Shown here: positions 1-9,525 of the stretch, one piece after another | Layout: each line of letters starts with the position of its first letter | Position numbering within the stretch: position 1 is the stretch's first letter | Assembly: GCA_963768855.1 (NCBI GenBank) | Contig: CAVYJM010000006.1 | Location: 256,001-320,000, forward strand | Source: an uncultured Thermoplasmata archaeon | Lineage (GTDB): Archaea; Thermoplasmatota; Thermoplasmata; RBG-16-68-12 | DNA length: 64,000 nucleotides | Direction: 5' to 3' | Notes under the pieces: model-generated | The model's input: only the letters and a program-made list of their open reading frames with translations | The model's database searches: none | Told to the model about the DNA's origin: nothing | Program-made: the position numbers and the translations under genes

Positions 1-64
1 CCGGTATCTCGTGGAGGACCACCGAAGCGTCGTCCGCTTCCACGCCCAGGAGGCGCCGTCGTGA
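1..64 (+). CDS. 3' end of an upstream gene (partial), possibly the partner subunit of an M16 peptidase pair
   Basis: Open frame RYLVEDHRSVVRFHAQEAPS* ends with a TGA overlapping the GTG start of the next gene (GTGA, 61-64). The M16 pairing is inference only. Confidence 0.4.
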   Translation, partial: RYLVEDHRSVVRFHAQEAPS

Positions 65-1317
65 CGCTCCCCGACCGCGCGGTTCTGGACAACGGGGCGG
101 TCGTCATCTCGCAGCCCCTCTCCTCGAACCCCTTCATCGCCTTCCGGGGCAGCGTCCCCGCCGGGACGGTCTCGGAGGGCACGGACTTCGGCGTCGCCGA
201 GTTCGCGGCGCGGCTGCTCCTCGGCGGCACGCGGCGCGCCTCCGCCGCGAAGCTCGCGGACCGCCTCGAGGGGATCGGCGCGACCCTGGAGTTCCACAAC
301 TCCCAGGAGCTGCTCGTCTTCTCGGGACGTTGCACGCGGGAGACCGTCGCCGAGACCGTGCGGATCCTGGTCGAGTGCCTCTCGCAGCCCGCTTTCCCCG
401 CCAAGGAGGTCGAACGCGTCCGAGGTGAGCTCCTGAATGACCAGCGCATCGAGGAGGACGATCCCCGCCAGCGCGCCTACCGCGAGTTGCTCCGGATCGT
501 GTTCCCGAAGGACCACCCGTACGGGCGGGACCCGAAGGGCGGCATGGACCGGATCCGGCGCATCAAGCGGGCGGACCTCGTCGCGTTCTACGAGGAGCAC
601 ATCGGTCCGGACGGCCTCATCTTCGCGATCACAGGGGACGTCGACCGCCAGGTCGTCGAGACGGCCGTGGCGGCCCCCCTAGCTCGATTCCACGGAGAGG
701 CCGTCGCGGTGCGAATTCCTCCACCGCCGCCGTACAAGCCGCGGAACGCGACGATTCCCATGCCCCACAAGTCCCAGGCGGACATCGTTGTGGGCGCCCC
801 GGCGATCCCCCGGTGCCACGACGACTACTACCCGCTCCTCCTTGCCAACCTCCTCTTTGGTCGGATCGGGCTCTTCGGGCGCCTCGGCACGACCCTGCGC
901 GACGAGCTCGGCCTCGCGTACTACGCGTACAGCAGCCTGGACGCGCGCACCGCGGGCGGCATGTGGTCCATCAATGTCGGCGTGAACCCGTCGAATCTCG
1001 CACGGGCCATCGAGGGCGTGCGGCACGAGATGGACCGCCTCCGCTCGAACCCCTTCCCGGCGGGCGAGATCCAGGATGGGAAGGACAACCAGGTCGGCTC
1101 GCTCATTGTCTCCCTCGAGCGGAACGCGGAGGTCGCGTCCGAGCTGCACCGCATGGAGTACTACGGCCTCGGGATGGACTTCCTCGAGCGGTACGGGGAG
1201 ATCATCCAGGGGCTCACCGCCGAGACCGTGCGCGCGACCGCCGCGAAGTACTTCAGCCCGCCGGAGAGCTCGATGGTCGTCGCCGGTCCGGTCGGCCGGT
1301 CGCGTCTCACGCTGTGA
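61..1317 (+). CDS. M16 family (pitrilysin/insulinase-like) peptidase subunit, no HxxEH visible
   Basis: LDNGAVVI start, GATLEF, FGRIGLFGRLGTTLRDELGLAYYAYS match M16B. GVAEFAARLL stands where HxxEH is expected, suggesting the non-catalytic partner. Confidence 0.85.
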   Translation: MTLPDRAVLDNGAVVISQPLSSNPFIAFRGSVPAGTVSEGTDFGVAEFAARLLLGGTRRASAAKLADRLEGIGATLEFHNSQELLVFSGRCTRETVAETVRILVECLSQPAFPAKEVERVRGELLNDQRIEEDDPRQRAYRELLRIVFPKDHPYGRDPKGGMDRIRRIKRADLVAFYEEHIGPDGLIFAITGDVDRQVVETAVAAPLARFHGEAVAVRIPPPPPYKPRNATIPMPHKSQADIVVGAPAIPRCHDDYYPLLLANLLFGRIGLFGRLGTTLRDELGLAYYAYSSLDARTAGGMWSINVGVNPSNLARAIEGVRHEMDRLRSNPFPAGEIQDGKDNQVGSLIVSLERNAEVASELHRMEYYGLGMDFLERYGEIIQGLTAETVRATAAKYFSPPESSMVVAGPVGRSRLTL

Positions 1318-1449
1318 GACCTGGCGGGCCTGCACACTTACAGTATAGACCTTATTTCAACGGTTCGGACGGCGTTCTCGCTCCCTGAGCGTAGGTGGTG
1401 GGTGGACACCACTGTCGAGTTCTTTCAGTCCAGCGGAGGGAATGATTAG

Positions 1450-4400
1450 ATGAAGTCATTGACACAACGGACACTCGTAGTGCTGCTGGCATGGGTGATG
1501 GTTTCCGCGGCGCTCGTCGTCGCGGCTTCGGGGTCGGTGCGGGCGGCCGCCGTCACGGCTCGTGGACCGGCCGTCGTGATGACGGGAACGCCGGCCCCGC
1601 TGGTTCCGGCCCCCGATCCTGCGGTGGAGCGCTTCCTGCAGGGTAGTCCGGCGGATCCGAGTTACTGGGGGAAGATGAGTTCCTCCGTCCAGTCCGCGGC
1701 CCGCGTGGCGAGCGGGACGATCGAGGTCGCCATCTACACGGACGAGGTGTCCGAGCTCGGTGCCCTGCTGCGGAAGGCCGGAGTCGAGACCCAGATCGGG
1801 TCCGTTCCGTCGACCTACGCCGGACCTCGCGTGGTGACGATCGAGGTCCCCGCGAAGCTCCTGGAAAAGATTGCGACCCTTGACCACGTCGTCGCGGTCG
1901 CCCCGGCCGTCGTGCCGCAGGTCCCCGACCAGGCCGACCCGGACCTCCCCGCCCGCGCGGACGCGGGCGCCCCGGCACCGACGATCATCGAGGCGGGCAA
2001 GGGCCACCAGGTCCCGGAGGCATGGGCCCTCGGCTTCAACGGCACGGGGATCAACGTCGCGGTCATGGACAGCGGCGTCGACTTCGGCCACCCGGACCTC
2101 CAGGGCACGTTCGCCCGCGATCCGAACCCCAGCTCCCCGTACTACAACTGGCCGATCGCCTTCGACCCCAATTCGATGTTCCGTTATCTCGTCGGCGGCA
2201 TGACCTTCCCCGCCGCTCCGGGCTCCTGGTATGTCAACACGAGTTTCGCCACGACGGCGAACCCGGGGAACGGGACGCTCGATGCATCGTTCAACGGCCA
2301 CTTCTACAACGTCTTCGGCATCCCGAGCCTGAGCGGGTTGTACCACCTCGGGGTCCACCCGGACCTCACCCTCTACTACTGGTGGTTCGGGGAGCGCCCC
2401 GCGGTCCTCGTGACCGACGCGAACACCCCGGGCGTCTATGACACGGTCTACGTCGACCTGAACGACGACTACGTGTTCGGCGACGATCGGGCGGTCGACG
2501 TCAACTCGCCCGTGGCTTGGGACGACCTCGATACGGACGGGGTCGCCGACGTGTCCGGCGGCATGGTCTACTTCATCGCGGACGGGATCAACCCCGTCCC
2601 CTACTCCGACGTGGTCGCGAACCGGTACGGCCTCCCCCTGCCCACGCCCGGCTCCGGCGATCTGGTCGCCTTCATGATTGGCGACTACTTCGCACCGGGC
2701 GGCGACCACGGGACTCTCTGCTCCTCCGCGATCGTGGCCCAGAACCAAACGGGCCACGTCCTCGGGTTCGCCCCGGGGGCCAAGCTCATCGCGGTAGGTG
2801 ACATCTACTCCGGCGGCTTCGCCTACGACATCTATGAGTTCGTCGGCGAAGGCTACGACGGCGTCTCCGACACGGGCGACGAGGCCCAGGTGGCCTCCGC
2901 CTCCTTCGGCTACTCTGGCATCTTCAACGACGGCTGGGACTACGAGGCCCGCTTCGTCGAGCTCATGTCCTACATCAACATGGGCACGGCCTTCACCGTG
3001 TCCACGGGGAACGGCGGGCACGGTTTCGGCACGGTGACCTCTCCGGGTTCGAGCAACGGCGTCATCGCCGTGGGCGCGTCGACGAGCTACAACAAGGAGC
3101 TCGGCGTCGAGGGCTTCGAGGATGCAAACCACTCCACCTTCGGAGACGTCCAGCCGTGGTCCAACCGGGGTCCGAGCACCCTCGGGAACACGAAGCCCGA
3201 CGTGGTTACGGTGGGCGCTTGGGCGACCGGTGATGGGGCGCTCAACTCCTTCGGGTTCGCCCCGCCATGGACGGTCTGGGGCGGGACCTCCCTCTCGGCC
3301 CCCGCCACCGCAGGGATCGTCGCACTCATTGCGGAAGCCTGGACTAGCAACGGCATGGGCACGCCCTGGGCGAACTTCATCGGGAAGCTCCTCCTGGACG
3401 ACGGCGCCACGAACATCCACTACGATCCGCAGGTGATGGGACACGGGCTGGCGAACGCCTACCGGTCCGTCCTCGCCGCGAGCCTCCAGGGAGGCGTCCT
3501 CACGTACGACGCCAACGCGTCGTTCCTCCCGAGCGCGGACTGGACCGCGGGGGACTATCGGGGCGTGAAGTATCCGAGCTTCGCCCGGATCATGTCGCCC
3601 GGCCAGACGAACACAACGACCCTTGCGGTCCTGAACGCGGACCAGGTGAACGAAGATGATATCACGGTCTCGGACTGGGAGCTCCAGCTCTCGGACACGC
3701 AGACCTTCGCGTTCAACGCCTCCAACGCGGAGGAGAGCACTCCCGATTTCCTGCGGCCGGACTACCTCATGGACCTGACGCCGTACGTCCCGGCGGAGAC
3801 CAACCTCGTCAAGGTCACGGTCAGCTACCCGTACTCGGAGTTCGACCCGAACGGGAACTACGTGCAGGACAGCAGCTGGCGCCTCGTCCTCTATGATTGG
3901 GCGGACTACAACACGAACGGGATCTTCTGGAACGACGCGAACGGGAACGGCGTGGTCAACGCCGGAGAGATGGACAGCTCGAGCGGCACGGAGGTCATGC
4001 GTTTCACCTACGGCTACCCGACGGGGACGAACATCGAGGCCTTCGTGCACGATCCGATCTCGAGGATCCACACGGGTCTGTTGCTCGGCCTCCAGCACCG
4101 CGCCGTCTCGGCCCTCGTGCCGACCACGAACCTGACCGTCACGGTGGACTACTATGAGGCGGCGGACGCGCCGTGGCTGTCGACGAGCCTCCCGAGCGCG
4201 GTCATCTCGCCGCTGGGGATGATCCCGGTGTTCGTGGACGTGACCCTGCCCGCGAACCAGCCCTTCGGCACACTCTCCGGGATGGTCACGATCTCGAACT
4301 CCACGGACGTGGAGACGGAGATCCCGGTCCTCGTGAACGTCGCAGCGACCGGGACGGACTTCACCTTCGGTGGAAATTCGTCGAGCACCGCGTTCCTGAA

Positions 4401-6693
4401 CAACAACCGGGTGTTCGGCGGGAACGACTGGTCGTGGCGCGCAGAGGCCGGGGATTGGCGATTCTTCTTCACGGACATCCCCGACAGCACGCCGATCAGC
4501 CCGGGAGACACCCTCCTCGTGCACACCTCGTGGGAGAACGTCCCGACGGACATCGACACCGTGATCATGGGCCCGACGCCGGACTTCCAGTTCAGCGGGC
4601 CCGGCAGCCCCTGGGGACCGTACACGCTGGACACGGTTGGTGCGAGCGCGAATACCCTGATTACCGCGGGTACCTGGGCGTTCCAGACCGCCACGGGCGG
4701 TCCGGAGGAATGGGTCGCCGCCCCGCTCCAGACCGGGCTCCACGAGATCGCGCTGCACGATGTGAACTACGCGGGCTTCGGTCCCTCCGAGGTGTTCATG
4801 GGAGAGGTCGGTCGCTTCAGCCTGACCCCGAACCCGTGGATCGTGTCCACGCCCAACCTGACGGGGTCGTCGTCGTTCGCAACGAACTCCTCCCTCACCC
4901 TCCCCGGTCTCGATGTGGCAGCCTTCGGCGTCGCACAGCCCGTGGCGGAGGACAGCGTGTCGATCGGCCAGGGGGACTCCTGGATGACCTTCTTCTCCGC
5001 GGCGAACATCGGGGTCATCGACCTGCAGATTGACGAATCCTACCCGCAGGGGATGGACATCGATCTGTACCTCTATCGTTGGACCGGAAGCACGTACGCG
5101 CTGGTGGCGTCCTCGGCGGGTTCTACGGCCTCGGAGCACATCCGGCTCACGATGCCGGCCGATGGGGACTACGCGGTTCTCGTCGACGGGTACTCCGTGC
5201 CCGCGGGGACCGGATACTTCGACTATTTCCAGGCGGTGGTCGCGGGTGCGAACCTGATGCCGATGAACGTGCCGACCTCGACGATCCCGGCGGGAATCCC
5301 CTCCGGGTTCGACGTTGCCTGGAACTTCGACCCGGAGATCGAGCCCTTCCAGATCTATCTGGGCGTCCTCTTCGTCGGACCGAGGGGCGCCCCCGCAATT
5401 GAAGTGGACGGGCTCTTCCTCACGTACGACGACTACGCGCCTCTCGTGCAGTCGACCGACCCGGCGAACGGGACCTCGATTCGGACGCGCGTGCCGACGA
5501 TCACCGTGAGCTATGTGGACCCGGAGATCACCTCCGGCATCTCGAACGTGGCGTTCCTGCTGGACGGGCTGGACATGACGTTCGCCGGAACCTGGAACGA
5601 GACGAGCTTCGTGTGGTCCATGCCGTTTGACCTTTCCGAGGGAACCCACGATCTGGAGATTGTGATTTGGGACCACGCCGGTTTCAGCACGTCCTACACC
5701 TGGGTCTTCACGGTCGACACGACGGCGCCTCCGCTCTCGGTGACTTCGCCGGCGTACGCGCTGACGAACAGCGCCTTGGCGACGGTCGCCGGAGCCACTC
5801 AGGCGGGTGCGAAGCTCACCGTCAACGGGAACCTCGTCACCGTGGGCTCAGGCGGCGCGTTCAGCACGACGGTCACGTTGGTCGAAGGCACGAACACCCT
5901 GACCGTGGTCGCGACCGATCTTGCCGGGAATTCCGCGACCGTCGTGAAGACGGTCGTTCTGGACACGCTCCCTCCGGCGGTGGCCATCACGTCCCCCTCG
6001 GACGGCGACCCCATCGCCGACGTCGTCCATGTGGTCGGCACAGCCGAGCTCGGCGCACACCTCACGGTGAATGGGGTGAACGTCGCGGTCGACTCGAGCG
6101 GAGGCTGGAACCTGGATCTCTCCTTCGCGGGCGGCAGCCACACGATCACCGCCACGGCGACGGATACGGCCGGGAACTCCGCGACGGCGACCGTGACGCT
6201 CGCCTTCGACACCACGGCACCGATCGTGTTCGTGACAGCTCCCGCGAACGGCCTCACGACGAACCACTCCTCAGTGGTCGTCAGCGGGACGGTCGATGAT
6301 GTCACGGCCATCGTCCTCGTTAACGGAATCGTGGTGCATCCGAACGCCCAGGGCGCGTGGTCGGTACCGATCGCCCTCCTGGAAGGCAGCAACACGATTA
6401 CCGTGTCCGCGATGGACCCGGCCGGCAACATGGCGACCGCGGTGACCCGGCAGGTGACGTACAACTCGCCGATCCCCGGTCTCCAGAACGGGATCGACAA
6501 CAACCAGAACGGGATTGATGCGAACCAGCAGTCGATCAACGGGCTGTCCGGGAACCTGCTGTACGGCCTCATCGGCGTCCTCGTCGTCGCGCTCGCGGCG
6601 ATCGGCGTGGTCTATGTCCTCCTGAGCCGGAAGATTGTGGCGAGCAGCGGGAAGAAGCTCGAAGCACCGAAAGAGAACAAGGGAGAGCCCTGA
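1450..6693 (+). CDS. Secreted, membrane-anchored S8 (subtilisin/pyrolysin-like) serine protease with PPC-like and Ig-like repeats
   Basis: N-terminal signal peptide; triad motifs VMDSGVD, DHGTLCSS, GGTSLSAP; oxyanion STGNGG; repeated DTTAP/DxAGN Ig-like units; C-terminal TM helix with basic tail. Confidence 0.92.
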   Translation: MKSLTQRTLVVLLAWVMVSAALVVAASGSVRAAAVTARGPAVVMTGTPAPLVPAPDPAVERFLQGSPADPSYWGKMSSSVQSAARVASGTIEVAIYTDEVSELGALLRKAGVETQIGSVPSTYAGPRVVTIEVPAKLLEKIATLDHVVAVAPAVVPQVPDQADPDLPARADAGAPAPTIIEAGKGHQVPEAWALGFNGTGINVAVMDSGVDFGHPDLQGTFARDPNPSSPYYNWPIAFDPNSMFRYLVGGMTFPAAPGSWYVNTSFATTANPGNGTLDASFNGHFYNVFGIPSLSGLYHLGVHPDLTLYYWWFGERPAVLVTDANTPGVYDTVYVDLNDDYVFGDDRAVDVNSPVAWDDLDTDGVADVSGGMVYFIADGINPVPYSDVVANRYGLPLPTPGSGDLVAFMIGDYFAPGGDHGTLCSSAIVAQNQTGHVLGFAPGAKLIAVGDIYSGGFAYDIYEFVGEGYDGVSDTGDEAQVASASFGYSGIFNDGWDYEARFVELMSYINMGTAFTVSTGNGGHGFGTVTSPGSSNGVIAVGASTSYNKELGVEGFEDANHSTFGDVQPWSNRGPSTLGNTKPDVVTVGAWATGDGALNSFGFAPPWTVWGGTSLSAPATAGIVALIAEAWTSNGMGTPWANFIGKLLLDDGATNIHYDPQVMGHGLANAYRSVLAASLQGGVLTYDANASFLPSADWTAGDYRGVKYPSFARIMSPGQTNTTTLAVLNADQVNEDDITVSDWELQLSDTQTFAFNASNAEESTPDFLRPDYLMDLTPYVPAETNLVKVTVSYPYSEFDPNGNYVQDSSWRLVLYDWADYNTNGIFWNDANGNGVVNAGEMDSSSGTEVMRFTYGYPTGTNIEAFVHDPISRIHTGLLLGLQHRAVSALVPTTNLTVTVDYYEAADAPWLSTSLPSAVISPLGMIPVFVDVTLPANQPFGTLSGMVTISNSTDVETEIPVLVNVAATGTDFTFGGNSSSTAFLNNNRVFGGNDWSWRAEAGDWRFFFTDIPDSTPISPGDTLLVHTSWENVPTDIDTVIMGPTPDFQFSGPGSPWGPYTLDTVGASANTLITAGTWAFQTATGGPEEWVAAPLQTGLHEIALHDVNYAGFGPSEVFMGEVGRFSLTPNPWIVSTPNLTGSSSFATNSSLTLPGLDVAAFGVAQPVAEDSVSIGQGDSWMTFFSAANIGVIDLQIDESYPQGMDIDLYLYRWTGSTYALVASSAGSTASEHIRLTMPADGDYAVLVDGYSVPAGTGYFDYFQAVVAGANLMPMNVPTSTIPAGIPSGFDVAWNFDPEIEPFQIYLGVLFVGPRGAPAIEVDGLFLTYDDYAPLVQSTDPANGTSIRTRVPTITVSYVDPEITSGISNVAFLLDGLDMTFAGTWNETSFVWSMPFDLSEGTHDLEIVIWDHAGFSTSYTWVFTVDTTAPPLSVTSPAYALTNSALATVAGATQAGAKLTVNGNLVTVGSGGAFSTTVTLVEGTNTLTVVATDLAGNSATVVKTVVLDTLPPAVAITSPSDGDPIADVVHVVGTAELGAHLTVNGVNVAVDSSGGWNLDLSFAGGSHTITATATDTAGNSATATVTLAFDTTAPIVFVTAPANGLTTNHSSVVVSGTVDDVTAIVLVNGIVVHPNAQGAWSVPIALLEGSNTITVSAMDPAGNMATAVTRQVTYNSPIPGLQNGIDNNQNGIDANQQSINGLSGNLLYGLIGVLVVALAAIGVVYVLLSRKIVASSGKKLEAPKENKGEP

Positions 6694-6714
6694 GCTCTCC
6701 CCCTTTCCCCTTTT
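6681..6714 (+). terminator. Hairpin plus pyrimidine tract after the S8 gene
   Basis: GGGAGAGC-CCTGA-GCTCTCCC followed by CCTTTCCCCTTTT. Confidence 0.55.
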
Positions 6715-6792
6715 GACCCGGAACCCCGCAACGGGTCGTGGACCGAGCGAAGCGGCCGCATGCATGAGCCGACGGGAGGGTACGTTCTCAGC

Positions 6793-6800
6793 TTTTATAT
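6793..6800 (+). promoter_or_regulatory. TATA-box-like element
   Basis: TTTTATAT in GC-rich context upstream of the 6888 gene. Confidence 0.45.
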
Positions 6801-6887
6801 CGGGAGGAGGCCTACCTCGCGGCGCTCGGCCGGACTCGCGTGGGACGCCTTTCTCCGTGCGCGGTCCCCGGGCTCGAGGGACCTCTC

Positions 6888-8558
6888 ATGAGCCATTCGG
6901 TCCGAAGAGCGGCGATTGCGATCGTGGCCCTCCTCCTCATCATTTCGGCCGTGGCGGCAACCATGAGCCCGAAGGCCCGCTTGGTGGCGTTGGCGGGGGA
7001 CGTGCGCGTCTCCGCGGTCCCCATCCTGATCTTCAACGTGACCCCCTGGGACGGGCAGACTCTCGGCTCGGCCACTCCCACAATCGTCGTCCTGTTCAGC
7101 GACACGAACTTCAACGCTACCGTGGTCGGTGTCAACTTCCTGGTGGACGGGATGAACCTGACGAGCGCGGGGATCTTCAACCAGACCAGCTTCGTTCTTC
7201 CCCTCGCCCTCGAACTCCGGGACGGCCCCCATTTCGCCTCGTTCGTTGCGTTCGACAACGTCGGAGGCCTCGGATCCGTGAGCTGGTCCTTCACCGTCGA
7301 CACGATTCCGCCGATCCTCCTCGTGACCGCGCCGGTCTATCCGATCGTCCCGCTGACCGGGATCCTGGTGGAAGGGTCGGCCTTCTTGGCGAACGCCACC
7401 CTGTTCGCGGGTGCGGCCCCGATCAATGTGACCGCGACAGTCCTGCCCGCCGGCGCCACCTCCTGGACCTATGCTGCGGCGGATGGCTCGTTCGCGATTC
7501 CCCTGCCCCTGACCGAAGGAGTCAACACGATCTTCGTGAACGCGACGGACCGCGTCGGCAACTTCGCCTCGGAGATCCGGAACATCGTCCGGGACACGAC
7601 GAAGCCCTTGTTGGCCGTCCTCACGCCGGCCCTGCCGGTCTCGGCGACGAGCACGGTCTGGGTCTCCGGGCGCACGGAACCGGGCGCCTTCCTGGTCGTC
7701 GATGGCTTCAGCGTGGCCGTCTCGCCGGTCGACGGAACCTGGGGCGTGAATCTGACGCTCCCCGATGGGATCAACATCATTACGGTCGCGGCGGCGGACC
7801 AGGTCGGGAATCTCAACTACACCGGTCTCGGCATCCTCGTCGACTCGGACGCGCCGCGCGTCACCCTGAGTTCGCCCACCCAGACCCTGACAAGCAGCGA
7901 CCGGGTCCGCGTGCAAGGTAACGCGACGGACACGCGTCTCGCGGCCCTGTTCGTGAACGGCGTATCCGTAACGTGGAACGCCACGGGCGCGTTCCAAGTC
8001 ACGTTGACGTTGCCGGAGGAGGAGAACCTGATCGTGGTCGTGGCGGTGGACGCCGCGCTGCATCGCACGATCGTCTGGACCCAGATCACGGTCGACACGA
8101 TCCCGCCCGTCGTGCAGGTCGCCACCCCGCCGGATGGACTCGAGACGAACCAGTCCACGGTCCTGGTCCGGGGCACGGTCGACGACGGGAATGCCACGGT
8201 CCTCGTGAATAGCCAGATCCTCCGCCCCGACGGGACGGGTCACTGGCAGACGTCGGTGGCCCTCGTCGCGGGAGCGAACACGGTCCTCGTGTCCGCGGTC
8301 GACGCAGCCGGAAACCAAGCCGCGACCCTCCGTCTCCGCATCGAGTACTCCTCCCCGTTCCCCGAGCTCGACAACCGCGCGAGCGCGAACGCGGCGAACC
8401 TCGACCAGCTCGGCGCGATCGTGCGCTTCTCCCTCGTCGGGATCGTCCTCCTGGCCCTCGCGGTCGAGTTCATCCTCTATTCCCGCTCCTCCCGGAAGAT
8501 CCGGGAGACGAGGAGCTTGCTCGCGGCGCTCCTCCGGGAGAAGAAGCCGAAGCCGTAG
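6888..8558 (+). CDS. Surface protein of Ig-like repeats with signal peptide and C-terminal TM anchor; paralog of the S8 protease C-terminal stalk
   Basis: Probable start MSHSVRRAAIAIVALLLII; repeated VDTIPP/DxxGN units; colinear similarity to the C-terminal part of 1450-6693. Confidence 0.85.
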   Translation: MSHSVRRAAIAIVALLLIISAVAATMSPKARLVALAGDVRVSAVPILIFNVTPWDGQTLGSATPTIVVLFSDTNFNATVVGVNFLVDGMNLTSAGIFNQTSFVLPLALELRDGPHFASFVAFDNVGGLGSVSWSFTVDTIPPILLVTAPVYPIVPLTGILVEGSAFLANATLFAGAAPINVTATVLPAGATSWTYAAADGSFAIPLPLTEGVNTIFVNATDRVGNFASEIRNIVRDTTKPLLAVLTPALPVSATSTVWVSGRTEPGAFLVVDGFSVAVSPVDGTWGVNLTLPDGINIITVAAADQVGNLNYTGLGILVDSDAPRVTLSSPTQTLTSSDRVRVQGNATDTRLAALFVNGVSVTWNATGAFQVTLTLPEEENLIVVVAVDAALHRTIVWTQITVDTIPPVVQVATPPDGLETNQSTVLVRGTVDDGNATVLVNSQILRPDGTGHWQTSVALVAGANTVLVSAVDAAGNQAATLRLRIEYSSPFPELDNRASANAANLDQLGAIVRFSLVGIVLLALAVEFILYSRSSRKIRETRSLLAALLREKKPKP

Positions 8559-8565
8559 GCCGACG

Positions 8566-9525
8566 TCAGAACAGGGGCTCGTCGACGAGGCGCGCGGGGC
8601 CGCCGACCGTGCACGGGATTGTCCGGATGCCGAGTTCCTCGATGAGGGCTTGGACCTCGGGGCCGCGCCCCTGCAGGGTGTTCACGTAGACCGTCGCCCC
8701 CGTGTCGATCGAGAAGAACGCGGGGAGGCCCGCCTCGCGCATCTTGCGCACCGCCAGGATGACCCGCAGGGTCTCTGGCTGCCACAGGACCATCTCCGCG
8801 GCTCCGGTCATCGTGATGCCGTGCAGCATGAGCGTGTCCCGCTCCGCGAGCGCACAGATCGCGCCGACGTCCCGCTTCCGGATCGCCAGCTCCATCTCCG
8901 CGATGAGCCGCGGCATCTCCGCGAGCCGCGCGTGGAAGAACGGCGACGTGGGGGCCTCGCGGTGGGCGTCCTCCGTCTGCTTGAACGCGGGGATCAGGGC
9001 GACGATGATGTCCATCTGGAGGTCCTCGCCCGCGAGCTGGACCGCGAACGAGTCCACGTCGGCCACGCCCATCTTCCATTTGCTGAAGGCGCCCGTGACG
9101 GAGCGCGTGGCGGAACCCGCGCCGCGGCGCGCGATCCGCGACACCTCTCCCAGGTCCGCGTCAAGGGCCGCCGCCCGGCACGCCGCGAGGGCGAGGGCCG
9201 CGAACCCGGAGGCGCTCGCGCCCAGACCGACGTTCGAAGGGAAGTCGTTGATCGACATCATGCGGAACCGCTTCGCCACCCCGGCGCGTCCCCGCACGGG
9301 GTCGACCACCGCGAGGATGCGGTCCATCTCGTGCCCGGAAACCGCCCGGCCGTCGATCGTGGCCTCGTCGCGCGGGAAGTCGCCGAACTCGAGGGTCGTG
9401 CGCGTCGTGAGCGGTGCGGTGCACACGCTGATCGAGTCGTGGAAGGGGAGGCGCAGGACGGGATCCGCGAGGCCGTGGTACTTGATCAGGCCCTGGATCG
9501 GATGGGCGACCGCCGTGGCCTTCAT
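8566..9525 (-). CDS. mvaD: Phosphomevalonate decarboxylase, haloarchaea-type (GHMP kinase superfamily)
   Basis: MKATAVAHPIQGLIKYHG..RLPFHDSISVCTAP, GLGASASGFAALA, GAGSATRS, FSIDTGATVYVN resemble, from recall, the Haloferax-type enzyme. Confidence 0.85.
   Translation of the reverse strand: MKATAVAHPIQGLIKYHGLADPVLRLPFHDSISVCTAPLTTRTTLEFGDFPRDEATIDGRAVSGHEMDRILAVVDPVRGRAGVAKRFRMMSINDFPSNVGLGASASGFAALALAACRAAALDADLGEVSRIARRGAGSATRSVTGAFSKWKMGVADVDSFAVQLAGEDLQMDIIVALIPAFKQTEDAHREAPTSPFFHARLAEMPRLIAEMELAIRKRDVGAICALAERDTLMLHGITMTGAAEMVLWQPETLRVILAVRKMREAGLPAFFSIDTGATVYVNTLQGRGPEVQALIEELGIRTIPCTVGGPARLVDEPLF

Noticed and set aside
1456-5676. 1406-aa antisense ORF and the many other long shadow ORFs (e.g. 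40593-43148, 43904-45592, 59910-61520)
   Set aside because: They are R/G/V-rich mirror translations of real high-GC3 genes on the opposite strand and have no motifs.
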